From the NCBI GenBank assembly GCA_023515725.1, contig JALDTO010000146.1:186001-250000 (forward strand): a DNA stretch of 64,000 nucleotides, read 5' to 3'. The notes under the pieces are model-generated. The model saw only the letters and a program-made list of their open reading frames with translations, was not told the origin of the DNA and did not search any database. The DNA is from Amoeboaphelidium protococcarum X5 (taxonomy: Eukaryota > Fungi > Aphelidiomycota). Made by a program: the position numbers and the translations under genes. Of this stretch, positions 25,946-39,215 are shown piece after piece. The number at the start of each line of letters is the position of its first letter. The first letter of the stretch is position 1.

Positions 25946-27643
25946 TCACTTCCTATCAGATTCCCCTGACTAGCAATCTGAAAGGCGCGTAAATGACAAC
26001 ACCAGTTCAACGTGCGATGTCTGAGGGAACATATCCACAGCCTGAGCTGTTTCCATGATGAATTAATCAGATCTCACCTCTGGATACTTTTGCGTTCTAT
26101 TGCTAGACTTGCTCAGTCTCCACATTGGCTGAGTGAGATGAAGCCAATTCTATTTCGCAGCAGATGGATTACAGCTCACATAGATCACATTCTGGATGTA
26201 CTTGCACTACTTGATAGCCTTGATGACTTTCTTGTGAACTCCAGCTCTAGGAGGATCCAGTATGGCAATCACCTGATCCGTCTCTGGATTGATATCAACC
26301 TGATCAAGCAACTTCTCAATCGTGTCCTCCACAGGTCCACAGATATAAGTCACTTTATCGCGGACATTATTCAAAGTCGCGTTATGTTCAGCGTCCTGAA
26401 TTGCGGGTTCACATAACTCTATTCCGTAAATGTGCTTGACATTAGATAATTAAGACATTACAATTCCAATAGTTCCTGTACCGCAACACAAATCCAAGAT
26501 GACAGTCTACTTGCCATGGACTTGCTTCTACACGATGATATCCCAGACAGCTTTATACAGAAGTTCACAAGTAATCGCATTGCTCTAATAGAACGCCATT
26601 GGACTTATTCTAAAATTAATCGCTTTTTAAGAACTCTGGTCTTCTCCCGAGAGGTTACGCAGAGAATCATAGACATAACCATACCCGTGTAATGTTATCA
26701 ATGGCATATCACCAGTCAGGGCACAGTGCATATTGTCATTAATGGTATATAACACAGTTTCAACATTCTCGGTGTGTTCAAGAAGATAATCACAATACTC
26801 CTTCATCAGCGCAGATATCTCAGCATCTTCAATAGAAACTTCGCGCCTAGATAGCATCAGGGTAACCATAATCTACTAACCGCATTGATGAGATCTAACA
26901 ATCAAATTTCTCCAAAATCCTCGGTTAGCATCGCGACAGTATACTGGAAGGTGCGGTTTAGTATTAATAAACTACAGAGTAGCAGATGCAATTTTGATGG
27001 AATACTTGCACACATGAGGACATTGTGAGGCATCAGATACAAATCGTCTACCACTCTTGTAATCACCCAGCATGAAACCAACACAACTCTGATCATTCAC
27101 ATCTTTGCCAATAGAGAACTCGCATTTAGTTCTATAGTGCTCGCGGGCATTAGATGGACTTTGAATGATATCCCTGATTACACAGTCTTTAAATTCAGGC
27201 TGTTGCTGTATCAGCTGAGAGATTGAATTTTACTTTTATTCGCACTACTACTCATAAGGCACTTCCCATAAAGGCACAGTGCGATCATTGAGCAATTGCC
27301 ATTATTCGCGATTTTCACATTCAACGATGGCTTTCTTACTGCGGCGTACACCATGAGATTTTCCACCGCTATAAGGTCTCTTTCTTGAATCTAAACCCTC
27401 AGATACTTCCACTTGTAATTTACCACCAGAGGCAGCGTCAATACTTGAGAGCTTTTACTGCGCGTCAGACATCTTCTCACCACTATCAAATTTGATAAAT
27501 GCGTAATCCCAAGATGGTCTCTTCTTTACACCTTACACATCCATTATTCCATGACTATTTATCAGATTTTAGAATTCCTCCTACTTGATCTTTCCTACAT
27601 TTTACAGGCGTAATTCAAAGACTTGCTCACTATCTTGGGTCAT
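25946..27643 (-). CDS. TRM2: tRNA (uracil-54-C5)-methyltransferase, TRM2/TRMT2A-like with N-terminal RRM
   Basis: YRTKCEFSIG, FRISPMAFYQ, ILDLCCGTGTIG, ILDPPRAG and VDMFPQTSHVE. Confidence 0.9.
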
Positions 27644-28823
27644 TTTGCTTTTACCACTTTTTACACGTTTGCTAACAGAGATCTTATATTCGAATAGAGC
27701 TTGTTTTGTGCAAAGATCGCGATATATAGAGAATACTAGGTATGACAAATATCAATTTATTTTCTCGATTATACATTAGGACGAACCATACATAATTTGA
27801 AATATACTAGCTTATTATCCATGTGGAAAATTGAAGCGTAATCGTTTGTACACGTAAATTTGGGCATCACAGACCAACTCTGATCGATCAAATCTATTAT
27901 TGCGTCAATGGTTTCGATAAGTAGTGACCTCTGTATGTTTGAAATTGATTATACATCAATAAATGAATTAGATCTTACTGTACAAACGCTCTTGACTTTT
28001 CGATGAGACGCGTCTCCATTACTTGCGTGTAGAACGACAGTAAAAGTATCTTCTTCAAGATTGCAAACAAGCATCAAATATTGTAAATTCGTTTAAATCT
28101 TCTAAGTGCCGGGTAAAGTCTATTCGTTCATGATATATTTTCTTGCTTAACGCTTCCGGAAGTAATCATACACACTTATTCTTGGCAATATTGTTGACCA
28201 GACTAAGACACCTTGTTGACTTTTTTCGCTGGTTTCTTAATACGGACAATCAGCGGCGCTTCGGTGACCAGACTTACCACAATTACAATATTATTGTATT
28301 TAAACACACACTCATACTCACATTGTCCATAATCCCGTGTCTCCTGCTGACTTGCGGTTTTACACGGGGAGTTAACTGGAAGGCTCTAGCTCGGACAAGT
28401 GCAACGTCACAATTAATTGCAGCCGTAGAGCGGCTCTCCATCAGGCAGACCTTCCACAGTTATAGCATTCGTCATTAAATGCTTTCTTGTCGCTGCGATC
28501 AGGGAGTACCAGCTCAGTACTTAACGCTAGCAAGTTAGAACATATAATACAGACAAGGATCTTATTTACTACTATTCGAGGATGCTTAACTAAGAAATTA
28601 ATCTAGTTCCATGTTCCATTATCGAGGTGCCTACTTTAAGTCATAAAGACTCTTAAATAGCGTTGTTATATCTTCAAATTCAAACAACACACGCATATTA
28701 CCATGTCAATCTCAGAGCCCATTATTGTTGTGTAATGTTCACGTGGTTGACATTATGGATGTGATAGTAAAAAGAAATTTCTAAGCTTTCTTGTATAACA
28801 TCTTGTTCTCTGTAGCATTACAC

Positions 28824-29087
28824 TCAGCCTTCCTCAGCGCTATTATCACAGACCGTTCCCAAGAGCGCATCGGCGATAGAAACGTATATAGTCATCAAAA
28901 TCCTGCAGACTAAAAACAAAGGCAAGAGGATTAAAACTATCAGCAGGAGATATAGTTCAGCCAAGTTAACTGTACCCATACCTTGTATGGTCACGGCGCA
29001 TTCACCTCCATAATAAACCATCTTAGGGGATACAAAGACGGGAAGTCTACAGAATTCCATCGCTCTCTGGAGTTCATCTAAACACAT
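28824..29087 (-). CDS. Possible small membrane protein (87 aa)
   Basis: ATG-to-TGA ORF with one long hydrophobic stretch. No homology recognised. Confidence 0.3.
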   Translation of the reverse strand: MCLDELQRAMEFCRLPVFVSPKMVYYGGECAVTIQGMGTVNLAELYLLLIVLILLPLFLVCRILMTIYVSIADALLGTVCDNSAEEG

Positions 29088-29430
29088 TCAAAACAGAGTA
29101 AACTAATCCAAATGACGCCTATTAGTCGTAGCACGTTGCACTGGATGGACACGCAGGATTTAGCATTATACGCGCAATTAGTATAGTGTATTGATGTAAA
29201 GCAGCATATTAATGGCATAAAATAACATATGACAGGTTCATTGAATTATTGTATTACGTATAAACATTTCTTGCAGCAGTCAATATTTAGAGGATGTACT
29301 GTAAATGCTTCGGTTTATCGTTCCATAGATTTAGGAGTCTATTGGGCTACTCATCGCTCCGGCACGCGCGTTCCTCAGATCTGTTTCACTCTCTGAATAA
29401 GTCTACTGTGCAGTACATTCACTCATAGGT

Positions 29431-29756
29431 GTGTGACTGACTGACTGACTGACTGACTGCGTGCGTGCGTGCGTGCGTGTCTGTTTCACAATCGTGAGTA
29501 AATGAGTGAGTGAGTGAGTGTGCGTGCGATCATCTCTGTTTCACCTGTTGCCACGCGGCAAAGGACCGACAGAGGGACAACAACAACAACAACAACGGAG
29601 AGAAGAGGCGATCGGGGCAAACTGAGGCAGAGAGAGAGAGAGAGAGCGACGAAGGAAAGAGAAAAATTCAAACAAAGTTGGCGCAGCAAGATCTTTGACA
29701 CTCCTCTCATTCTCAGTCTTCTTATTTACTCTCTCACCAACAACAACAACAACAAC
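29431..29756. repeat. Compound microsatellite cluster: (TGAC)n, (GCGT)n, (GAGT)n, (CAA)n, (AG)n
   Basis: Directly visible tandem repeats upstream of the PSR1-like ATG. Confidence 0.9.
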
Positions 29757-29886
29757 AGTCATATCAGGCAGGACAGGAGTAATTTCTTGCTGTTTGTGGT
29801 CGTCCTAATTATTGTTTATATATCCACTTTGTAAATTTGATTCTCTGTTTGTCGTGGATTCAATTTTTTTGAAATTATCTCTGAAT

Positions 29887-31734
29887 ATGCCTGAAGCTGT
29901 TAGGAATCATGGTGCTGCTCCCGCTGCTGCTGTGGATATGCCATCTCATCAAATGCCGGCTGGAAATGGTATTCAACCGCCAGATGCTCGAAGGACTGTC
30001 CCAGAAGTCTTGCCATCGTAGCAATAGTCTTCCCCGCCGGCTTCTTTAGATAAGCAATCTAGTAGTTACTCTGATCTGTAGTAGAACACCAGTATCAGCA
30101 ATTACTCGCTCCGAGTCACACAGTAATCTGCTATAAATGTCACCAAGACGTCTACAGATGGCTAGACTACAACTCAGTCTGTGTCTGGTTAAACTACTCC
30201 GTCTACTGGTAGGCCCAGCGATATTGAGATGGTTGTCACTTAGGTATTTCCTGCACAGTCCACGTTTCTCAATGTACCATCGAATGGGACTATTAACAGA
30301 GGAGGTAGTGCTTCTGCTCCGTCTATCAATGAAGATCGATACAGTAGGTACAGGAAGAAGCTGGAGAAGGTGAAGACTAGCAGATCGCTGAATGCCTCGT
30401 AGTAATCCAAGTAGAATTCGTAGTATATTTTGGATTAGCAGTAGCAGTAGTAATAGTCGGCTTATGCGAGTAATGCTCAGTTATCTAAAACTGAATCCTC
30501 TCAAGATGCGGAGATTATCTCTTCTACGCCGTCAAATTAAAATCATAATGGGCATAATGACTAGGCGTAGGTGCATGCGAGTAATGCTCATATTAACGCT
30601 CCGCCCATGTCTGTAGATCGTGCAAAAGGACGCCAATCCTCAGGTATTTTCTCATAGTTGTTCTGTTGCTTGCCGTTCGTTGGAAGACATCAGAAGAATG
30701 CTGATGGAAATTAAAGTAATTAAAAGCCAGGTCAGAAACAGAAGGCTTAATCTTAGGCGTAGTAGTAAAAGCAAGGATTAGCTGATAATCCGTCCGCTCA
30801 GATGAAGGTGCCTAGTGTTATTATCTAGAGTAGTGTGGATGAAGCAGCTGGCACGCAGAATAATGGTTAATTGGCTCATCCGCCACCACCTCAGGCTGAT
30901 CTCGATGAAGACTCCCCTATTACTCAAGTCTCCCCTGGTAGTGACACTATTTAGCTCAATCTCAAGCCACCTCACACTCAGTCTCGTAAAGGATCTAGAT
31001 CTAGTGTGAAGAGCGATTCGTCATCTGGTAAAGGGAAATAGAAGTGGCTTCTTAAACCGGTACATGTCAGAGATGCGAATAAGAAGTGTCTGGTTCTGGA
31101 CTTGGATGAGACTCTGGTGCATAGTTCTTTCAAGCCAATCCCCAATCCTGATTTTATCATCCCTGTTGAGATTGAAGGCACCGTCCATAGTGTTTATGTG
31201 CTCAAACGGCCGCATGTAGATCTATTCTTGAGCATAGTGGGTCCATTGTATGAAGTTGTAATATTCACGGCCAGCCTTCGTAAGTATGCAGATCCGGTGA
31301 TTGATCAGCTTGATCCGCCGTATCAAGATCAGAACTCCAGACATAGTAAGCACGACAAAGCAGTGAAGCATAGACTGTTTAGAGAGTCTTGTATTAATCA
31401 CAGAGGATCGTATGTGAAAGATCTGTCTCTGCTTGGCCGTCCGCTGTCTCAGATTATCATCATTGACAATTCTCCAACGTCTTATCTCTTTCATCCGACT
31501 AACGCCGTGCCTGTTACCACTTGGTTCTCTGATCCGGGAGACACTGAGCTGAAGGAGCTATCTGCGATTCTCACCGATTTTGCAATGACTGAAGTGAGTG
31601 ATGTGCGTGTCATTCTTAACGATGATGATGACGATGAAGACGACGACGATAACATGCTGGAGAGTATGGGCAGGCCACAAGGTGTTCTACTAGACAACTC
31701 TTTAAAGCAAGCTAAACTATCTGCGAGACAATGA
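29887..31734 (+). CDS. CTD small phosphatase/NIF-family phosphatase (Psr1-like) with long Q/S-rich N-terminus
   Basis: [17 protein letters not shown] (DxDxT), [14 protein letters not shown] and IIDNSP. Internal FSQLFCCLP palmitoylation-like motif. Confidence 0.9.
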
Positions 31735-32284
31735 GAACCTAGTACAGTTGTGCATTGATTTCAGATCCATTGGCATTGTAAGTGATTTGATAATAGTAAA
31801 GTTTGTTGATGTTATTTTAATCCTTTTTAAAGCCACGATATGTCGGCTCACAGAACGAACGAACGTTGAGCTTTCAATAGAGAGCAAGATCACGCAAAAG
31901 GTATGGTTAAGCCATAGATTTATAATCGCGAATCCAGAAACTTCAAATATCAATGAAATACAATTACTCGGGAAGCAAGCTGAAAGTACATTAAAGTCGT
32001 AGCCAATATCCACTGCCATATGAAGGTCATTAGTCTCGGGAATTTTTCAAATAGCACCAGGCGGCAGTTCGATCGATCGGGTCAAATAATAACGCGAGCG
32101 CGCACGAATTGTGAGAAAACGAACGTTTGATCAATTTAGATCGCGAATTCTGAGCATTTACATTTACACTTGGTGTACTCTTATATCACTAGAAAGGTTC
32201 AATAAGACTAAGAATTTCTGGTTATACCTCGCCCACTAGATCGCTGTATAAATCAACTTCAATTAACCCAAGAATCCTTCAGAA

Positions 32285-33993
32285 ATGACTAATATGCCTG
32301 TGAGTTCTGCGAAATAGCAAATGTCCTTGAAAGCTAATACTTCTAGCAGGATCTAATGGTTGGCTCAACAGAGCATCCACAGCGAGCCAAGACTGAATCG
32401 CAAGACTTCAATCATTTGCACTATTGGTAAGATCGCTCACTATATACTTATTGTTATAATCTTCATATATCATCAACTAATCAATCAAGTTTGTATGTAG
32501 GTCCAAAGACTAACTCTGTCGATATGATGTGCAAGTTGCGTCAGGCGGGAATGAACATTGTCCGCATGAACTTCTCTCATGGCTCCTATGAGTACCACGG
32601 CTCGGTGATTAAGAATGCTCGTGACAGCTTCCAGTAGATGTCTGGCCGCCCTGTCGCCATTGCTTTGGACACTAAAGGTCCAGAGATTCGTACTGGTCGC
32701 ATCAAGGGCGATTAGGAGCTCAGTATTCCGCACGGCCATGAGATGGTGCTGACCACCGATCCTGCTCGTGCCAATGATGGAGATATGGACTGCATCTATA
32801 TTGATTATGAGAAACTTCCGCATAGCACTGATGTTGGAAAGTACATCTTTGTCGATGATGGGCAACTTCGCTTCCAGGTGGTGGGCATCCAGGGCAAGGA
32901 TGTGCGTGTCTAGGCACAGAACAGCTGGAAGATTAGCAATAACAAGGGAGTCAATCTGCCAATGACCACCGTTGAGTTACCCGCGCTGTCTGAGCGTGAC
33001 AAGAGAGATTTGCAGTTTGGTATTGAGAACGATGTTGATATGATCTTTGCCTCCTTCATCCGTAAGAAGGAGGATATCTTGGAGATTCGTCAGATTCTAG
33101 ACAATTTCATGAATGGAAGAGGGAAAGATATCAAGATCATTGCCAAGATTGAGAGTCATGAAGGTTTGGATAATTTTGATGAGATTTTGCAAGTCACTGA
33201 TGGTATTATGGTGGCTCGTGGTGATTTGGGTATTGAGATCGCAGCAGAGAAGGTGTTCATTGCTCAGAAGATGATGATTGCCAAGTGTAATGCTGTTGGT
33301 AAGCCGATCATTTGTGCCACCCAGATGCTGGAGACTATGACTTATAATCCGCGTCCGACTAGAGCTGAGGTGTCTGATGTTGCCAATGCTGTGCTCGATG
33401 GTGCAGATTGTGTCATGTTGAGTGGAGAGACTGCGAAGGGCCAGTATCCTCTAGAGACTGTCGATATGATGAATAGACTGTGTAAAGAGGCTGAGTCTGT
33501 GTTATTCTACCCGCAGCTATTTAATGAGTTGCGTGATGTCACTCCAAAGCCAACTACAACCACGGAGGCCATTGCATCCTCTGCTGTGAATGCCGCTGAA
33601 GAATAGGGAGCCGCTGCCATTTGTGTCCTTACCACCACTGGAGAATCTGCCCGCCTGATCAGCAAGTATCGTCCACACATTCCCGTAATCACTGTCACTA
33701 GAAATGCCAAGGTTGCGCGTCAATGTCATCTCTACCGCGGTTGTTACCCATTCGTGTATGAGAAGGCGCGTAAGCAGGGTTCCGAGTCTGCGCCGGCTAG
33801 TCCAAATTCTTAGAGTATGGTTCATGATCAATGGCAGGAAGACGTGGATGAGCGCTTCTTCTGGGCCATGAAAGAGGGCAAGAAGTTGGGCATGCTGAAG
33901 GCTGGCGACGTTATAGTTGCCGTTCAAGGTTGGCGAGGTGGTGCTGGATCTACTAGCGTTATGAGAATGATACCGGTCCCTGATGCGCTATGA
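32285..33993 (+). CDS. PYK1: Pyruvate kinase; one intron 32427-32500
   Basis: [10 protein letters not shown]|PK split by a 74-nt GT-AG intron. [33 protein letters not shown] and MLSGETA. Confidence 0.97.
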
Positions 33994-34305
33994 GATTGAA
34001 GTGTCAATTGTTAAAGTTGAAATCCATCTATGAATAAAATGAATCTCTACTTAGTTATATCCGCATTTTACAACTATCGCTTATACATATTCTTTGCGCT
34101 GTACTTTGAAATGTCATTTATTGTCCAAACTGAACAAAATCAGATCATTTTCATTTTACAGCTTCAAAATATCTTACATCTCTAATACAAATTGAAAATG
34201 ATTTATTTAATAGATCATACCCATTTTTGCAGTTATTAAATTCAATAAATCTCTAGCCTTGTCGTGCGATAGCCTTACTTGACTACTAAGCTGCCAATTA
34301 AATAA

Positions 34306-36622
34306 TCATAGAACTTAAACAACAATACCTGCTGCCACAGTCTCACCTTTACTCCGCAACATAAATCGCCCATACTCTTTAGAAGTCTTGAACGGTTCAA
34401 AAGCAATTGGCTTTCCAGATTTGAGTTTAAGTTCCACTGTGGCAATGCTCTACTTGGGCACAGCTCTAGGTTTCTACTTTGTAATCTCACCCGTGGACTT
34501 GTCTTTCAGATTAATCAACTTTGTTACCACAACTGGTTCATTGATAGATTACCTATGAAATAACAGTTCTGAGCCAAGTATGACAGGAATCTTGATATCA
34601 AAAGTCAATATCTACACTTCGACGGCACACGACATCGATACAGGACTAGTGGGTGAGCAGAGGACTGACTCTCCAGACACTTGATTCTCTTCCACACCAC
34701 CGAATGACAGGCGCACAGAATCACCGCTGACGGCAAAATCCACCTAATCAGCCGCTGGCTCCTTAAAGATACTCTTGATATGGACAGAGATGCCACCGGG
34801 AAGCAAAAGACAATCCTCGCCAACTTGAACGTAACCTTGTTCAATGCGGCCAGATACGGAGACGGCGCCACTTGATCCAGGAATATTCAAACCTCCTGCA
34901 ATAGTGTACACTGTGAATCTAAAGGGTTTATCAAATGTTCTCACGGGAGCCTCAAGTTGATTCATCAACTACACCAAAGACTACTTTTGTGATGGAAATT
35001 TATCAGCCGCACTCAAAGACAAAACATTCTCACCAGTCATACCACTGCAGGCACAATACGAAATGGAATCGGATTTGAATCCAACACTGGATGTCAAATA
35101 CTGATGAACTTATTCCTTGATGGACTAAAATCTATCCACGTCCCAATCCACTGTATCCATCTTGTTCACAGCCACAATAACGGATGATACACCGAGAGAT
35201 CGAGCCAACAGGGCGTGCTCTTTCGTCTGTCCATTGTTGAGAAACCCAGCCTCAAACTAACCGACTCCGGCATCCACAACCAATATCGCAGCATCAGCCT
35301 GAGCCGTACCACTGATCATATTCGGGATAAAGTCTCGATGTCCGGGAGCATCGAGCAGGGTGAATACTCTATCGTCAGTCTCCAACCACTAATAAGCAAC
35401 ATCTATTGTCACTCCACGTTCCCGCTCCTCGCTACCTTCATCCATAACCCAAGCGTACTTGAACGATCCTTTACCCATCTTTTGACTATCGCGCTCATAT
35501 TTATGCATAGTCTTTGCATCAATTTCTCCCAATAAGTACAGCAGATGTCCCATCAATGTACTCTTACCAGCATCAACATGTCCAATAATCACTAAATTTA
35601 TATGCGGCTTCTTCTCCTTGGACACACGTTCAAGTACATCTTTGAGTGTCATCTTATTCTTCTGCTTTCTACACACACTCAAAAATCTCCTTTAAAAGTA
35701 TGGGATATTCATAAAGAGTGCAACATGGTCAAAAACGATACTTTTTGGTAGAGTGAACAACTTTAACAGCTGACTGCGATGACTAAGTAGCCAGCGATTT
35801 ATCCTGCAATAGATCCACCTTCTTCAATTGTTCATTAATGCCCTTGATTGATAAATCACGATTACTAGCATTATGGATCAGTCCACTCTTCTATTCAGCA
35901 CTCGTCATAGCCTTGTTATTATCATTAGTACGACTCAACTTGGTACTCAATCTTGCCTGTACCATCTTGTCATCCTTACTCTGAGCCTTAAACACATCAA
36001 TATCTTTACAAAAACGATTGAAATTCAAAATTTGAGCTAAAGGAACGGCCTAAGCGGGAGCATTATTATACACTTCCTGACAGACAAGTGCAGCAAACTC
36101 TGAAGGATATTACTGGCGATCTGCATTCACTAGATTAGTAGTAGTAGAGGAGTTATCGCTATCAATAACCATCGAATCTTATGCCTATAATTGTGTGGAA
36201 TACGCATCTGCTTTCTTAACTGATTAAGACTATTCAATATGATTATCGATTAAAGATTTAAGGCTGAATAGCGGTTTATCGTTACTGACTGAAGGGACGA
36301 TAGTAGTAGTAGCTTATGAATCTGCTTTAACAGATTGCAAACTCAGCGACTTTAAAGATATAGGCTTCCTCTATGTCTATATAGATCCAGAATCATTGCC
36401 AACAGATAATTCGCTCTGAATGACAGGCTCTTTAGCAGCTCCGGAGAGGACATTAAGAGACTTTAGTGCAAATTTAGGCTTCACCGCATCAGGCCGTTCC
36501 TCCTAGCTCTATACAGAAAGCTTACCATAATCATCCTCATAATATTCACCCTCATCCTCCTCATCATGCTGCTCATCATAATACTCATCCAGCATTCCCT
36601 TGACAAAGCGATGTCTACTCAT
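34306..36622 (-). CDS. HBS1: HBS1 translational GTPase with Ski7-like N-terminal region; intron 35669-35741
   Basis: MSRHR start, [26 protein letters not shown] and VNKMD. A 73-nt GT-AG intron restores the frame. Confidence 0.9.
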
Positions 36623-37047
36623 GATGAATATTTTTCTAAATCTTCAAAGTTAAAATTAATGCCTTTTACGAAGCAGAAGAAGAGGAGGAAGAAGTCGCGC
36701 AAAGAGACTGAGCGAAACTTTGCACTTTAAGAGGTCCAAAATGCTAAACTTGTCCCATTATTTAATCTTGCAGCTATTTCACACTAATGCTTAGAATTAC
36801 TTGGGCTCCTTTCAATATTTTAACAAAAACTCTCAAGAAGTAATAGATAGATTTACATGAAGCTTAAACGTAATTGGTCAATGGAAAAGATCAAAACCTC
36901 AAGTTCCCACGTGGTTGATGTGAATCGCAAATGTTTAAAAAACTAATCGATCTTTTTATAAAAGTAATTCTACTACTAAATAGAGAAAGATATCGCTGAA
37001 TACGCATTCGATACTAAATATCACCAGCGATAAGTGATATAATACTA

Positions 37048-38571
37048 ATGATGATTGTAAGGCTTGATATTATTCTATCGGTAGCAGTGTTACTATCGTG
37101 CTTACTGCTCGCGCCTTTATCACGCGGCCAACCTACTTCCAGCTCTATTCATACTTCAGGCGGACATGGTGCTGGCACAGACTTTAACTCCCTTGGACGT
37201 GATGGTGTGTAATCTGTGGTTGATGTGATGTAGACTAATTGGTTGCCTCGAATGAAGCCGACAGAATCTGCAGATCATTATATCTCACGCGTCAAGGGTT
37301 ACTGTATGGATATGGGTAATGTGCGGCGTGTGTCGCAAACCTTCTACGATGCAGCTGCGTAATCCCCGATATCAGTTCAAGAATGGTGTTCTCAATAATC
37401 TCTGCTATCCCGCATTTACAATTAATTTCGCGAAGACTTGAATCAAAAGTTTGCGTAAGATATCGTGGCGCACCATCGCATTTTGTTAGATATTGAGAAT
37501 GTCGAAGATGTTATTGATATCGTGAATGGAATTGCGGATACTGATAGTAAAGCTTGGGATGCACTTCATTTCTACTTCGTATACAAAATGGAAGATCTTC
37601 AAGATTAGCACATTGAAATTAATGCAGAGTAGCGAGCTCTAGATCAGTTGTAGATTTATGCCTAGTCTGGCCTCAATAAGCCCATTTACCTGTCCCTTGA
37701 TTGTTATGGCTCGATCGACGTGTAATGGTCAACATCACTAATATTAAGTGTGAACAAAGAGTAGATTTCTAGTTGCATTGCCGAGTATTAGAGGGGAATT
37801 CTGGATAAGACTTGGAAAATGTTCGACGATTCTTAAAAGTTATTTGTCGGGTCCCATTTTACTATAAATTTATTATTGGATGTGGATAATGGAGCTATGC
37901 ATGGAAAGGCGTCTGAAATAGTGCTCGATCCAACTTTGAAGTAACTCATTAATACGATAAGTAAGGAATTTGCTGAGAATTAGAAGAGCGTGAATGATTT
38001 GAGCTTCGACAGCAGCGTTCTGTTAACTATAAGCGCGTCGGATCATTATGCTCAACGCCGATAAAGATAGATTTTTCTGGATATTTAGCAGCAGATTATG
38101 AAATTATTTCCCCAGGCAGAAATACAGCTTGAGATTGCAGATGACCGTTTGAAGATGAAACTGGAAGCATATCAGCTACGTAGCTTTCTAATCAATGGTA
38201 TTCGGCATTAGATGGGAACGGCTTTTATAACGCTCTTTGCTCAAGGTGAACTTAAGTATGGTGATGCATTGTTCAAGACTTTGGGAGACAAGGATATCTG
38301 GCAGCATAATGGTGTGATCGTGGACGATTTGCAAATAATTTTGTTATCTAGCACTTCTCCATTGAAGTTTATAGCTGATCTGGGAAAGTTGGCTCTAGCC
38401 TTAACGCAGGTGAACGCGCGTCGCGTCGTTATCCAAATTTTTTAGAACTTGACCATGGACCAAGTCAAGCTCTGCACCGTGATATTAAAGACGAATCCCA
38501 ACAGGTTTGTGGAAGTGATCACTTTAGTTAACTTAAAGAATGATGATAAAGTTGAAATTTATATTAGATGA
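37048..38571 (+). CDS. Secreted hypothetical protein, about 507 aa
   Basis: Hydrophobic leader MMIVRLDIILSVAVLLSCLLLAPLSRG. Frame shared with track ORF 38212 and ending at TGA 38569-38571. No recognised domain. Confidence 0.7.
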
Positions 38572-38685
38572 ATATTGAATTTGAATTACAGTTAGATTTT
38601 TATTAGGCGTTTTTTATCTCAATTACTGTAGTTCCTTTCTTTACCGGGAAACTAAATCGTTGTCATTGTAATCAAGTAAGAAGAA

Positions 38686-39131
38686 ATGGTACGGCTTTAC
38701 TTTACAGTATTGAGTAGTTAGATCTAAGTATTCATTATTTTAATTGTAGGGAGTTACTATTTAGAGATTATAGCCCGGAGATGGAAAGACGTTCCCAAAG
38801 AAGGGAGACCGTGTGAGCATTCATTACGTGGGCACACTGCAGGATGGTTCCAAGTTTGACAGTTCGCGCGATCGCGGAAAGCCATTCACCTGCACCATTG
38901 GTGTTGGACAAGTGATCCGGTAAGAATGTGTTTCTCTGTTAGTCTCTATTATATCTATCTACCTTAGCAATGTGTAGCGGTTGGGATGAAGGTGTTGTTC
39001 AGCTGTCCGTCGGTGAGAAGGCTCTGCTGGTTTGCACACCGGATTACGCGTACGGCTAACGCGGCTTTCCTCCAGTGATTCCAGCCAACGCTACTCTCAA
39101 CTTTGAAGTTGAACTTCTGGGTGTCAACTGA
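38686..39131 (+). CDS. FPR1: FKBP12 peptidyl-prolyl isomerase; introns 38689-38749 and 38920-38977
   Basis: M|[41 protein letters not shown]|GWDEG, PDYAYG and [14 protein letters not shown]. Confidence 0.95.
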
Positions 39132-39215
39132 AGTATGATTTTTGGATTGTGCGCCTTAGTACATGAACAACTATATATGAATTCAATAAATTTAAAATGA
39201 ATTCATTCGAAAAGA

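Noticed and set aside
29486-29834. Several overlapping track ORFs
   Set aside because: They are by-products of microsatellites, with low-complexity translations.
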